A model generated the notes under the pieces. That model saw nothing but the letters and a program-made list of their open reading frames with translations. It did not search any database and was not told the origin of the DNA. The position numbers were made by a program, and so were the translations under genes. Positions 1 through 13,600 of a DNA stretch of 64,000 nucleotides are shown piece after piece. The DNA is from Tubiluchus corallicola (lineage: Eukaryota; Animalia; Priapulida): contig JAQGDQ010000233.1 of the NCBI GenBank assembly GCA_030141605.1, positions 283,829-347,828 on the forward strand. The letters are read 5' to 3'. Positions within the stretch are counted from its first letter, which is position 1, and each line of letters starts with the position of its first letter.

Positions 1-190
1 ACATTGGGTAAACTTCAAAAAAATAATCAGAGCATTTGTAGCACACACTTCACTAACTAAGTAAAAGGAAAAATTACTTTATCTTGTCAGTAATACTAAT
101 AATATATTTTTTGCTGAGCCAATGATGTTTTTTTAGTATACGCTGGAATAGTGAACCATGACGTTTTACCAGCTGGCAAGAACATTTTAA
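1..190 (+). repeat. Dispersed repeat, copy 1
   Basis: Co-linear with 31603-31780 (AAAAATAATCAGAGCATT...TATCTTGTCA...TTTTACCAGCTGGCA...AACATTTTAA). Confidence 0.8.
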
Positions 191-422
191 TATATGTGAA
201 TTTTCTTTTCTTGTTATAAATATGTAACTCTTAGTATAAAACTGTTCATTAAATAAGAATGTAAAACTTAACAATCTATTTAACAATCTCCTCGTATCAT
301 TGTTAAAGAGTTTCTATCAAGTAAACATAATGCTAAATAATACCTATAACGCTGTACAGAAAATTCTTTGGAACACACTCTAAAATTCCCTGGTCTTCCC
401 CTTAAAACTACTTGCCATATAT

Positions 423-483
423 TGTATGTGTGTGTGTGTGTGTGTGCGTGCGTGTGTGCGTGTGTGTATATATATATATATAT
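423..483. repeat. (TG)n/(TA)n microsatellite
   Basis: Direct reading. Confidence 0.95.
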
Positions 484-853
484 TCTTGCCAAATATTCTT
501 ACCATACAACATCTCATTAAATAAAGAATTTAAATTTAAGAGCTGCAATTAACAATCACCTTGCACCATTGTGAAAGAAACTTTTGTTAAAAGTATGTAT
601 TTCTACATTAATATCCCTATGATCTTTAATACTGTGTAATGCATTAAATAAACTTCTACACATAACATGAAAAAAACTTCAGCTTGAAAAATTGCAATCC
701 AGCTAAATCACAGTGAAAGTCCTAATGCACCTATCTATCAAAATTTATCGGACACATAATAGTAATTACTGTAAACTACAGTAAGTTACACAAAAAGATT
801 TAAAAATCTTATTTTGCTCATAAAAGCTATGTGGAAAGGTGGTGAATAATTAC

Positions 854-1016
854 CTGACATCGAATTATGACCTGCATAATTTTATCTTCCACACGAACAG
901 AAAGAACGTAATCGCCCGGTTTACTTTGGCTCTGCCGTACTAAGAAGCTACCATGACGACCCCGTTCAGTCATCAGACCTTCAGCTTCTTTGCCAGATAT
1001 TGATCCATGAAACCAA
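854..1016 (-). CDS. PTPN11: PTPN11 exon 4, C-SH2 domain; gene continues beyond the left edge
   Basis: [54 protein letters not shown], with TAG acceptor and GTAATT donor. Confidence 0.95.
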
Positions 1017-1228
1017 CTAGTAATGCAAATTATATCATCAAACACAAATTCATAAATAAAATTGATAAATCTTGGTAAAAATAAAGTTACTCAACTGCTA
1101 ACATTAATAGTTCTGTTAAACGGTAATAACTGCATGGACATAATGAAGCTAAACATTAAATAGTAAACTGGCAATGATTAAAAGAAATACACAAAAGTAT
1201 GAACAGGAATTTTGAAAACGAAACAAAC

Positions 1229-1423
1229 CGTTCAGTTGTAGTTTCAGCACAATTCAAGGGATACTTGAGCTCAATACTTTCTCCATTTTTCTCTCTAAGC
1301 TGACCAAGACTTTCAGTGTAGTGTTGCACCAACTCTGCTAGTGTTGCAAACTTTTCACCTCCGTACAGGTCATAAAAATCACCAGTGTTTTGAATTTTGA
1401 TATGAGTAACTTCGTCTTTCCGT
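1229..1423 (-). CDS. PTPN11: PTPN11 exon 3, second half of N-SH2 (not in the ORF track)
   Basis: Manual translation: [69 protein letters not shown] boundaries, 195 nt, phase 2-2. Confidence 0.96.
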
Positions 1424-1814
1424 CTATATTATAAAACATTAAATTCACTTAATAACAGACTAAGCAACTTGAGAGAAATATATTTCAAAGAGATAAATGA
1501 CCTTGACCCCCATAACATGATCACTTCATTATCACTTACAAAAGCATCCTCACTTGAAAAACAAATATTGCCGAAAAATATTAGAAAAAAGCTCAAGCTG
1601 ATAAGCATTGATCTTTATAAAAAATTGTGCCAATTTCACATTTACATTCAAAGTTTCGAACAGTAGGTTGAAGATAAAGCTGAGAACTGTAATAAATCAT
1701 AGGAATGCACTGGACTCACATTCATTATATTAGAGCCAGATTCAGATTTTCGTTGACGGACCTGGATATATACATATATTCTATATATACATTATACATA
1801 TAAGGAATATATAA

Positions 1815-1854
1815 ACACACACACACACACATATACATATATATATACATATAC

Positions 1855-1944
<90 letters not shown>
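1815..1944. repeat. (CA)n/(TA)n microsatellite
   Basis: Direct reading. Confidence 0.97.
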
Positions 1945-1947
<3 letters not shown>

Positions 1948-4750
1948 CAAGATTCCCTAGCCATAGTTTATCTCACATTTTAACCACTGGTGTAAACTCC
2001 TTTCATATGGACTTGCAGGTTTTACAATAGCATGATTATAAATAAAGATAAGAACCTGAATATACATGTAGAGTAAGTATATGTTGTTATACTACGTCTT
2101 CAAGAACAAACATAAAGTTTGTAAAGCAGTTATTACTGTATAAGGACTATGGACAAAAATAAAATATCATCGGGAGTTTTCAAACGCATCCAGGAAGATA
2201 ATTCTTATTAAAATGTGAAATGTGATTTTTCTGAATAAAAATTGCCAAAAAGCGGCTTGTAAAACTTGACTTTAAAACTTCCAGAAAGATAATGAATATA
2301 TAACATGTACAGACAAACCAAATGTGCAAAAAAACCACAATATTTAGTGTAAGAAAAATTAATGTTTGTACCACTCTATCCACCATAACAGAAAATCTGT
2401 ATTTTTAACTGTTTTTGTTTGTTCAAAAATAGGTAAATATCGGGCTTTTGTTGCCGGACAAGGACCGAATATGGACACCGACTTTTACTGGAATTCAGAC
2501 TTAAAGTCTGGAGCAGTTCATCCCTAAAATGATTAAGAAAAACAAGAGCATCTACGTAAATTATAGTGCAAACCAACCAGAATATTTAAAACAGATATGT
2601 AATTTTCATCTGCTAGAATTATTTTGAGTGAGAACACACATTCTGAGAATTAAAAAATAAATCATTGTAATACAAGCACAAATTTTGTAAAACTTTTTAA
2701 TTCTGAAAACCATAACAACAATCAATTAGTATTACTAAATACTAACTGTCATTCAACTGTATGATAAATATTTTTCCTGGGTTACTGCTTGAGTTTTTCT
2801 AAATAAGGCAATTATGTACTACACTTTGTCTAAAGTGGCATACATGAGAATGCATATGTATAAAGATTAGATGTTCAAAGTACACTGGGGCATAAGCAAA
2901 TAAAAATGGCCCTCAGTGTACTTTTTGCAAACTGTACAACAAATTTTACAAGTCATCATCTTCCTGGATCTGCAACATTCACTGACACAGTCAACAAAAA
3001 CCTCGAGATATATTACTAAGTAAACTCTGTACTTTGTAATTCCTCATAATATTAGAATTTGTAATCTGTCAGCAAATGAACTTGTTTATCTGCTTCTTCA
3101 TAGCGATTAACACTTAAATATAACTGTTAATATTCAAGTAATTACGCTTGTACAGAAATTTACATTTCCAACTAAGTGCTTCTAACCATTATATTAATTT
3201 ACATTGTTTGCATTGTAATATAATGTCATCTCAACATTATGTTATGTATGTATCTATATTGCTAGTACTCATACTGTAATGCTCCTATTTCTTGTTTATT
3301 GTCTGCACTCTCCTAAGTGTTACTATTAGTTGTAAACTTGGCTGTTCAAGCCATATTGTAATCTTTGTTAATCAATAAAACTACATTTAAACTAAACTAA
3401 AACCTCAATACATGTATAATAATCCTCATGCACCAACTGCTATGGAGACAAAAACAGGGTATGCAGCTCCTGCAACACCTGGCTAATTCTTGTGGATCAA
3501 AGGGAAAAAAGGCAATGAAAATGTTTCTGCAGCCAAGACTTGATCATGAGACCCCTGCTTTCCACACAAGTAGTTCATTAACAGATCTATCAAGAGTTTG
3601 TTCAAAAGAAATCACAATTCTAATCGTGTAATAACAAACGCAAATTTCTTCAGGCAAAGTATGTATATCTATAGATAGACATGTAATGTATTATACATAA
3701 TTATGTAGAGTAATTATAATAAATTATTTACGTTAATTAATTAAGATTAATGTACATGGTTATAAGGTATAATGACACGAAGCTTTAATGCTGTTAAGGA
3801 AACAGCTCTTGTGATTGGCAAGAACAGAAAATTGACAAGTCATTTGATTTACGATTCTACGATTTAAGCCCGTAGTCTCAAGCTTATGAAGCAGATGTTG
3901 CACCAACCAATCCACCATGCAACTTGGTTTATGAAATACTTCTTTCTTTATAAATGTTTTATTCTATCAGAGATGTTGAATATTGAAGAACATCATGAGG
4001 TGTAGGGCACTGAGTAGGGCTAAATTCGCAGAAAACCAGTACAGTATATGGGCATCCCAAGTAGGGCAGTGGTGATTTCTTCCATTCTTTTAACTTTACA
4101 TCAAGAATTTTATCTGTTTACCGCACTTAGGAGAAAACAATTATTTGACAAAGAGATAGTGAAATGGATCACCTGTCTGTGAAGACAGACAAAATAAAAA
4201 ATGATATACCTTAACCAAATGTTGGGATTGCCAAAAAAGGAGTCTTATTTCAGCTCAAAAAGATTAATCTTGAAGCCAAATTTAATATTGCTTGTTTGAC
4301 TAGCTCAGAATAAGGTTATCTTATCTTGTCAGATGTATAATTCATATTTAATAAGTTATTCAAAGTATATTGACATTTTCAATCATTATTATTAAATAAA
4401 CAAGGACAACGGACGCTGCCACTAAGGTTAACTGAACTCAATTTGTGACCTATCTCTAGTGCCCTACTTGGACAGCCCATGTACGCGTGTGCTACGTGGG
4501 TTAGCCATGTACACCGCGGGCTACTCAGGCTAGCTCATGTACGGCACTATGCGCTACTTCAGCTAGTGCCCTACTCTGCTCTCGACACAAGGTATGTGAC
4601 ATCATTCGACAAAGTTTCACTTACAGCACATTTTCCTCTAACATCAGTTTCTTAAATAAAATAAATTCATTTATATATTAGTGACTTAATAAGTAACTGG
4701 CTAGAGAATTTGACATAAAAACAAAAGTGAAGTGAAGTGAAATCACAAAC

Positions 4751-4873
4751 CTGACAGAAAGCGTGAAGTCACCAGGAGTGGTTTTCGATGGACGTGCCAA
4801 AAAACTGCCATCACAGCCCTTCTCTAAAAGCAACTTTTCTGCATCAATTCCAGAAATGTGAGGATGAAACCAC
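4751..4873 (-). CDS. PTPN11: PTPN11 exon 2, N-SH2 domain
   Basis: [41 protein letters not shown], with CAG acceptor and GTTTGT donor. 123 nt. Confidence 0.96.
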
Positions 4874-4920
4874 CTGCAACAAGTTTTTAGAAGATATATA
4901 TTGCAAAATATATTGTAAAA

Positions 4921-7276
4921 GGCAGTAACTAAAGGTACAGATCCGTATCCGGAACTGCAGCAACTAGAAATACGGATCCGTGTCTCGAAAGCATTTACTA
5001 GAAAATACGGATTGATCCGTACGGCGAACGATATTAACAAGAAAATACGGATCGCCGTACCGCGAAAGATATTAACGAGAAATATGGTTCACCGTCAGAG
5101 AGGGGCTATATATCACTTTCTTGTTTATCCGCAACCTCAAAATACACAACTGTAAATATCCGCATCCACTAGATTCGCAGATTGAGTGAAATTGAATATC
5201 CTCATAGATATCCATATTATGTAATCCCTAGATAGGACACGCGGTGAATGCGCACAACACCTCGTCATATTACAGTGAGTGAGTCATACTTTATTACTAT
5301 AGCGTAAACATAGTGTTTGCCCATTTTTGGTATCAAAAAAGCGTTTACCCCCGTTTGCATACAAAAAACAACAGGATTAGATTAAAAAAAATTTTCTTAT
5401 ATTATGCTGAACGTTTAGGTTTTTTCTGATATGAATATGTTTATATTATCAAATTGAATACATATGTGTCTTCCCATTGTAACAATTTTGTCTCACTAAT
5501 TAGCATTGTTAGTGCACGAACATTTAATAATATAATGGATCACATAAGTTTAGGGTACTTGCTTGACGTTAGTTAATATTTCTACTGATAAACAGCTTTA
5601 AAAAGAATGTGAATATCCTATTACTGTGCATGCCCATTTTCATTTTTAATAATTATAAAATGTTTTTTACTGGAGTTCTGCTGCTTTACATGTAATTCTA
5701 AGGAAATTGCAACAACAGTGAGCTATTGTCTGCATAGTTGCAAAATTATTAGAATTTAATTATTCAGTTAGAACATTTTTTACAAAATGCAAAATTCTAA
5801 AAGATTATTTTTGAAGTATCAAAGTGTTTTACTGCATTACTAAATGAGCATTCTACACTCACAGTGCACAATATTTTTTTGACAGGTCAACAGCCAAAAA
5901 CTCTTCAAACAAACACTTTACGTACAGCATAATTAAACACATAATTACAGCAATAAGTGGTCCTTACATTGGGGCAATAGGCATTTGAGGCCTTCAAGTG
6001 GTCGAAATAGTTTAGTAAGGAGTTTTGTAACTGTTTTTCGGCATTAAGGATACAAAATTTAGGTTTTAATTCACAAACAGAAATTATTGCTTTCTAATCA
6101 GTGAATTAACTAGTTTTCATGAACTAGCTCTATACATTACACATTATAAGTCACGACCAATTCAAACCTTTAACCCCGAGGAATCTAAGAGAAAGTGAAG
6201 TTACTTGATACTTTAACTCAATATAAAGTGGATTAATGTGACAATCGAACATAATTATACTTATTGCAGCTTTCAGTTAAATGCAAACTTGTAAAATGGC
6301 CTTTTTATATTTTAATAGAAATGATGACGTATAAAACACTACAAAAATTGAATTGGAATAATTATGGCAGTAATTGATAGTAGTACAGCTTTGATAAGCA
6401 AAATAATATAATAAGTAATTAATATGGGACCTGGCTCACATACAAAATAACAAACCAAGCAAGTAGTAGTGGCACGTTATAATGTCCATAGCATAAATTA
6501 TTTGGCAACAGGTGCATGTAACAGTTCAGGTTATCACATTCACAACACTCTATAGAAAAAATACAGGCTAGTAGGTCATCATATTACAATACTCTAAGAA
6601 ATTCATAACACACTAAGATTTAAACTATTGCAAACTGGCTTACTACACATCAAAATACTAAGTTTTTTGTAAAAATAAACAAAATGAAGCAAACAAACTA
6701 TTAATTGGTACCTTATGCAACACACAGCACTATATCAAAGCTAACAATTTGCAAGACAATAAAAGGAGACTAACTAATATTTACAGTGTAATTATTATAT
6801 CACAAAGAAAAATGGTACCGAAGAAAAACGGTACGGCTACAGGCTGTATAATGCCATATCACCATTTTCATGATGAAGAGCACTATGGCTTCAATTGTGT
6901 CAACACTCCCCTCTGTCACTTTGGTTACATCCTACTTGTTAGTCTCTGCCCAATCTGGGCTTCCCTGTTGTAAGCCAGCTGTAACATTACCACCTTAAGC
7001 TGATGAGTCTGATGCTATGAAACTTCTTGACTGTTTTCAATAAAATAGTTTATTTTGCTTAAATTTGTGCAGTTTGATGTTTTCTGTCAGTGATCTCACA
7101 TGAAGTGGGCATGTACTTTTCAATGATGTGCAGGGCACATGGTCAAACGCCGTATGTCGTAAAAATTGTCAAAACCCGTATGTTTTGTAAATGTCACAAA
7201 AAGCACGGATCCATATTTGTTGCAAAAATAGTATTACAGAAAAGACGAGTACAGATCCGTACCTCTAGCCACTGCC
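4921..7276. mobile_element. Non-autonomous TIR DNA transposon with 9-bp TSD (Mutator/Merlin-like) in PTPN11 intron 1
   Basis: Imperfect TIRs GGCAGTAACTAAAGGTACAGATCCGTA / TACAGATCCGTACCTCTAGCCACTGCC. Identical flanks ATTGTAAAA at 4912-4920 and 7277-7285. Subterminal AAATACGGAT repeats. No transposase ORF. Confidence 0.85.
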
Positions 7277-7691
7277 ATTGTAAAAACACACAAAGAATAA
7301 CATATCTAAATGCTGTCATCAATTTCAATTCATTGTAATTTCAAAAGCTATGAATTTTATGTTACTACAACTTTAATTCTTCTTTAACGTTACTAGTTGT
7401 GTGCACAAAAGCACTATGGTGAACTGTAACACTGTATATTTTACCACAACTACTGGTGGTCCAAAGTAAACAGAACTATAAAGTTACACATCAATAAAAT
7501 ATCATAGGCTGTTATAGCCTAAACACTAAACCAAAATCAATGGATTATTTGCACATTCACAAAGTATCACACACTACAATTAGTTGTTCTTACAGCAGTT
7601 TATATTTACTTCGTTAATTCAACGTTACGTTCTCCTATTATTATTGCAAAAGACGTGGTTGTGATCTAGAATAGGCCTACTGCATACTCAC

Positions 7692-7729
7692 CGGCGAGAA
7701 CCTAAGGTAGCGTTATTTGTTCCAGCCAT
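7692..7729 (-). CDS. PTPN11: PTPN11/SHP2 (corkscrew) coding exon 1
   Basis: ATG at 7729 encodes MAGTNNATLGSR(R), followed by a perfect GTGAGT donor. Phase 2 joins exon 2 to give SRRWFHP, as in SHP2 MTSRRWFHP. Confidence 0.88.
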
Positions 7730-7779
7730 TTGTGCAACATTTATGATGTGCTATACCCCGTAGGATAAACTAGTTAAAC

Positions 7780-7930
7780 TCAATGCTTGACAAAAAATAA
7801 AATGATTTTACGGTACAGCGTAAACCGCCTAACAAAAAGTTCCGCCATTAACTGTATGATGCTCATGGACCCGTGCCCCGTGGTAAGTGAGCGAGTCGGC
7901 TAGCAGAGCCCTCGTGTGACTGGAAAGGCA
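7780..7930 (-). promoter_or_regulatory. Probable PTPN11 promoter / 5' leader
   Basis: Locally GC/CpG-enriched region just upstream of exon 1, with YY1-like AATGGCGG at 7849-7842. Confidence 0.45.
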
Positions 7931-7999
7931 AACACATAACAAAATTCAAGTGTCATAAAAATTGTGGTGTATAATCATCACCTTCTGCCTTCAAAGTTA

Positions 8000-8680
8000 G
8001 AGATGCTCCACTGAGGTATTTTGTACGAAATCCATCCATGTAAGTAATCTACTTCCCTTGGCTTCTTTGATGGTTGAATCATTTCACTAAAAGCTTTAAA
8101 TGTCTTCTGCGTTGACCCACCCAGTTAAGTCTTCTGCGTTTTATTATCCTGGTCCAATTTTTTTCTTGATTTTGTCATACAAATCTTTGTTACTTATAAC
8201 TATTGGCCATTTTATTTGCAATAACGATCTGTATAAGCGCCGTGAAAGGCATCAATCTACAGCTGCTTATTTTCACTCAATGTCCACAATTCCGAATTGT
8301 ATAGAAATATGGAAAACACTTTTTTATGCAAGTGTTGAAGATCCTAAGTTTCCAGCTTAGTCTAGTGTTCTTGCATGTTATTGGAGATATTTTTGAGCAA
8401 GCAGCCAGTGCCAGTATTCCCCTTCGTTTGATATCAAAGGTATTTACATTTCCTCAAGGATTAATCACTTTTGTGTTTATTGTTTAATGTGCAACCTCTC
8501 AGTTTTGCTTTCATTCACTCTTAAGTTCATTTCTTTAAGCTTTATTGGCAAGGTCTCAATTTTTTCTTTTGTCTTTGCCAAAAAACAAATATTGTATGTC
8601 AATGATGGCAGAGGGTTGTTTATGATGTTGCAGATGGATTGGTTCCTTGTAGAATTGATGTAAAGCAACACACCAGTAGA
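8000..8680 (-). mobile_element. Decayed RTE-like LINE, 3' part of reverse transcriptase
   Basis: Frameshifted fragments MNLRVNESKTE, KLRIFNTCIKSVF, FLYNSELWTL, IDAFH, WPIVISNKDLY, IKRRRLNWVG occur in the canonical order. Confidence 0.78.
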
Positions 8681-10149
8681 AATTAAATAAAATGGGACTT
8701 TCCAAGATTTTTTTCTAGTGATTTTAACAAAGTCTTTCTGTTAACCAGAATCAAAGTTTTTGAACATGTGCAGTAAAAGTATATGAATAGAATAGTCAGG
8801 AGATGCAATAAATTTTCAGCTAGAATTTTGTAAGTTTGTTTGTATCTTAACGGTTGATAAGCAGCTAGATTTGTGCCAATGTGCGTATGTATGCCAGATA
8901 TGCGGTCAAATTTTGATGTTTTCAAATCTCACATTTAGTGTAAATTTTTAATGATAGATGCCGCGGCTGTGCTTTGCTCACATGTAGTAGGAATGTGTAA
9001 TAACTGAACTTGCATACCAAAACCGCCCGTATGTCGGCATAATTAAAACTACGTTATGATGATTCTGCATCAAAATTTTGGTCTAATGTCAATTTTTCGT
9101 TTTTTATATAAAAACAAACGCTAAATATATTGGACTTTTATATTCTAACATCAAATTGTCAAGAAAATGTCCAGAAAATAATAAAAATTTAATTATATAG
9201 CCCCGTCCCCATTTCTCTGCCTAGAAACTGGTACTGCAATTGCAAGAAACTTGTGTTTCCAAACTCCGATAGTAGCTCGTGGAAGCAGTCATTTTGCTTC
9301 GGGTTTTTTCTGTTGACAAGCCCAAATCTTCATCAGGAAGAGCCATCTACTGGATTTAAATATAAGTTCAATGTGCTCTTACAAAGTTCATAGCAACCAC
9401 AATTTCGTACGGTTGCTAAGTGTTTTGTAGAGACGCGACAAAAAACAATGACTGACTTTAACAGCGATTTTCTCAAGATTACGTTTTTCACTGCAGAGAC
9501 TGCACCTCTACTTCAACGTGGATTATCTGAGCTAGAAATAACATAGAGCGATGAGCTTGGTATCAAAATGATCCTCATGAAATGGAGATTCAGGATATGT
9601 GATTAACCAGGAAACGTTAATTGCCGACTTATGGGCGATTTTGCTATGCAAGTATAAAATCGTATTCCGGCTGCAGTTCAATTCAGTTTATTGCACGAAT
9701 ATTACATACAAGTACATTGGCAAACTAACAAAAATAAGACAATAAATGTATAAAAGGCATTATACAACAAAAAACAGCTGTACTGTGACAAAAATAAAAA
9801 GCCCTTCAAATAAAACGTTTCAGTAAAACTTAGAGGTTTTTTTTATAAACCATTAATTAAATTTGCTAGGGGTAGTTGGAGTAAATACTTGACTGATTGG
9901 ATTTCTAATCGCAGTCTAGTCGGCGAGTTGTTATTTTTAACAATCAACCTTTGAGTATTAAACGTGTGTCAAGCAGTCAACTGAAACAAAATTCAGTGAT
10001 ACGCGAAACACAAAATAGCACTACAGTATTCTCAATATAGTTGAATTATAATTATTATTTGGGGCTAACGCTGTAAGTGTTTGCTAGGTGAGATTTGGTC
10101 TGATCTCTAAACTTCGAGTTTGTCACATAGTATTCAATGGATTATAAAG

Positions 10150-10690
10150 GCAGAAATGACCTTTGTAGCATTTGATCTCAGAAATGAGAATTTTCGTGTT
10201 TTTTTAAACATTCACATGTTGAGCATGTTATTTCTCAGGCCAATAGGGGGCATTGGAATGATAAAACGCTGCATTTCATCACGTAGTGCAAAAGTTATTG
10301 TACCCTTTATAAAGCTGTAGTTAGGCCAATATCACCACAGTATGTTACTCTTAAAAACGCTTTAGAAAAAACTCAATGGAGATGTATTAGTCTGGCGTCT
10401 GATATTCAACCTGACACTGTATCTTCTCTTGAACAACGCCATGATACTATAGATCTTATTAACTGTTATAAAGTCATTAGTGGTAGTTCTATTTTGCGTA
10501 GTGACAAATTTTTTTCTAGACCACTATGTTATTTACGTGGACACAATTCTAAATTATTTGTGCAATACTCTCGCGCTAATACCAGAGCTAATTTCTTCTC
10601 TTCTCACGTTGTAGGCCCTTGGAATTCGACTTAATAGTGAAACAGTTGATGCATCAAATCTGCCGCATTTTCGCAAATTGATGAGGAGAC
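10150..10690 (+). mobile_element. Decayed CR1-like LINE 3' end
   Basis: Fragments LYKAVVRP, LEKTQWR, SLEQRHDTIDLINCYKVISG, LRGHNSKL, RANFFSSHVVGPWNS. Confidence 0.78.
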
Positions 10691-13600
10691 CGTCAATAAC
10701 CAGGTTGTGGTAGGTTTCTTAGACTTCGCAAGCAAATAACATACACAATTACACATAGATGTTACTAGAATTACGTGCTCCAACTGGCAATTTCAAACAG
10801 CTTTGAAGTGATTTCCAATCTTTCTATCTAAATTTCAGTTCAGTTCAATATGTTTGAAAGCCTATTAATAGTATGCCTTACAGATTCATTTTAAACTCTT
10901 CGTTTAGTACTAATTTTAGCTTTTTAATAAAGCTTTAACATAATAGCTTTTTATTTAGTAGTTTTTTTATTACCGAACATGGCAAATTTCTAGATTGCAA
11001 ACAGTACTGCTGAAAAAATAATGCAGTAAATCAAATGAGACAAATAATTTTTTTGCAAACATGCAAATCATTTTTAATTCAACCTTTTGGACATTGCTTG
11101 AGTGGTTTGTCCCCAAAAAGTGGTCGAGACCACCACAATGACATAGATGCGATGTGTGCAAAAACATCTTGTCTATGACGAATAATCTATTGAAATTTTA
11201 TTTTGCACAACCGGTTACAATATACAATCTCAACAAAATACTGCACTCATATAAACATGTAATTATAAGACCAGTACTATTTGTGAATCAAATATTTATT
11301 CAATTCAAGGGTTTGATTTCACAGTCGCATATAATACATTTAAATTACGTAGATGGATATTATGTTATGTGTAAACAAGAACACGTATTACACACCAAAC
11401 ATCGCAAAATATCTCTGTACTATTTTGAAATCATGGGAAATATTCAGTCTTATTACGTGCGTGTACAACAGAGTGAAAAAATACTGAATTTGAATAAAAA
11501 AATCAATATACAACGATTCTATCATATGATTACTCTGTGTAAGAGAACCTGAAACGAAAATAAAATAAGTGCTAGCTTAATTAGCTAGAATACCACATTC
11601 TCTAGAACTAGACATTATCCACTTCGTTTTTTAACATGATTACAAAATATGACATTCCAACGTTATGGATGATATTCAAGTGCCAGCATTATCTTCACTT
11701 AATTTAAATTTTATGAAGACGATGATGATAACGATAATGATGAATAATTATCATGATGATGATGATGGTGATAATGAAATTGGAATAGGCCTATCTTGGA
11801 GTATGTTACATGAATCGGCAAAACTACACTACATAATTTTTTATATTGGTTAATGCACCACTAGCTGTTAATAGCTAACTACGTGCACCAGCTTAATACT
11901 ACAAGTATGAATATCGTCGTAGCACTAATAAATATTAAATTTTTTGGGGTTATACATAAACACAGTTTATTACATAGGAAAGGTAATATGTAAAAGCTAG
12001 GTTTGGCTACTTTAGACCTACTGCACATAGATTCATGATCAGCATTCCTCACATCAGCCGTCTTTTCGTTCATGCAAGAGAAAGAATATAACTAACATAG
12101 CTATTAGATCTTAACAAGTATTTTCAACAAAGTAGGCCTAGTGACTATGAGCTAGCGTACTTATTTACTTATTTTACAAGCACACTGAGATGCATGCCTA
12201 ACTTGCGGCAGCAAATGAAATTAGCTCTAGATTCAGCTAAATTGCGGACTTGATAAACAATAATTAATATCTATTTATAAGCCAACATACATTGTGGTAA
12301 GGATTTTGATTCAAACAAGAGCACATCATCACAGCTAGGGCATAAAGCAATGTTGCGCGTGTGGATGTGAAACTTCACTAGCTGTAAAGATGGCAGTAGT
12401 TTTAGAAGGTGTGTTAAGTTAAATAAAAGATAATTTCATACAACTTTCAAAATGTACTACCTTTCAAAGCATTGGACTGCATTATATAGCTTTCAATATA
12501 GTGGACTGCTATCTACAAAACATCTTAGCATAGGTTTACTGATCTAGCACATTCTGACTTTGGTGCTATCAATTTTTACAAGTCTTTTACAGGAGACAAT
12601 AATACATGTACAAGTATCCCAAAGTTCCATTATGATCTAGCAAAAATTACATTGTTGGACACCTGACAACATTTACACGAGCACATACTACGTAGGATAG
12701 CTTACAACGGTAACTATTATAAACAGAAAAATGGCAGTCTTCGACTTGGACAGTTAGTCTTAATTAGTAAATGTTTTTAAAGCAGATGTATAAGTATGAA
12801 AAGGCAGTGTGTAGCCTAGCATATAATTTTGAATAAAAATTAGGTAGTGTCGTAGTGACATGTAAATTGCTATTACAACAGTATATCGACATAGTATAAT
12901 TCATAATTATGGCATACGCGCATATTTATTACTCCACAAAAACATTTACAATGAAAAAACAAATAGTTAATTCTGTCATTATCAATAACAGATATCTGAA
13001 GCTAAAGAATATTATTGTTAATTTGCTGTAAAATGTTCTTAATGTAAAAAAATTATGCTAGCCCTATTGTTTAAACCATGTCAGTGCATAAGCTTCACTT
13101 TTTATTTTTTACGATACCCAAGAATGACACCAAACTGGAGATACAAGACAATATTATTTGCCTCATGATGTATTTTTCTTCGTATTTAAAAATAGGTATG
13201 TTTCTTCAATAATTTGCTAGGTACGTTTCTGTCATTTCATGATTCTACCCATTGATATCCCATTCATCATTACTAGCAAGCGTAATGTTCCTTGTCGTAC
13301 CAAAATACTACAACCATGACAAAAATGCTTTGAAAAAGAACAATATTTTTAAAAATTGTACAGCTTTTGGCTAACATTTACAATTTCCCACATACAAGAA
13401 ATTAGTTCAAGAAGTGGATTAGGGTTAGTGCGGGTTAGGGTCAGGATAAGGGTTAGGGTTATGGTACTTAGATGGTGTGGGGAATTGTAAACTCCTTCCC
13501 ACTTTTAAATCTCAAGCTAAACTAGCCCACATTAAATGTGTTATGGTGCCTTGTTGCTCCAACTTTTTTATATGCAGTGAGCTCCCTTTGAAAGCAATCG

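Noticed and set aside
4930-5100. Spaced AAATACGGAT repeats resembling a CRISPR array
   Set aside because: Irregular, degenerate transposon subterminal repeats in a eukaryotic intron; no cas genes.
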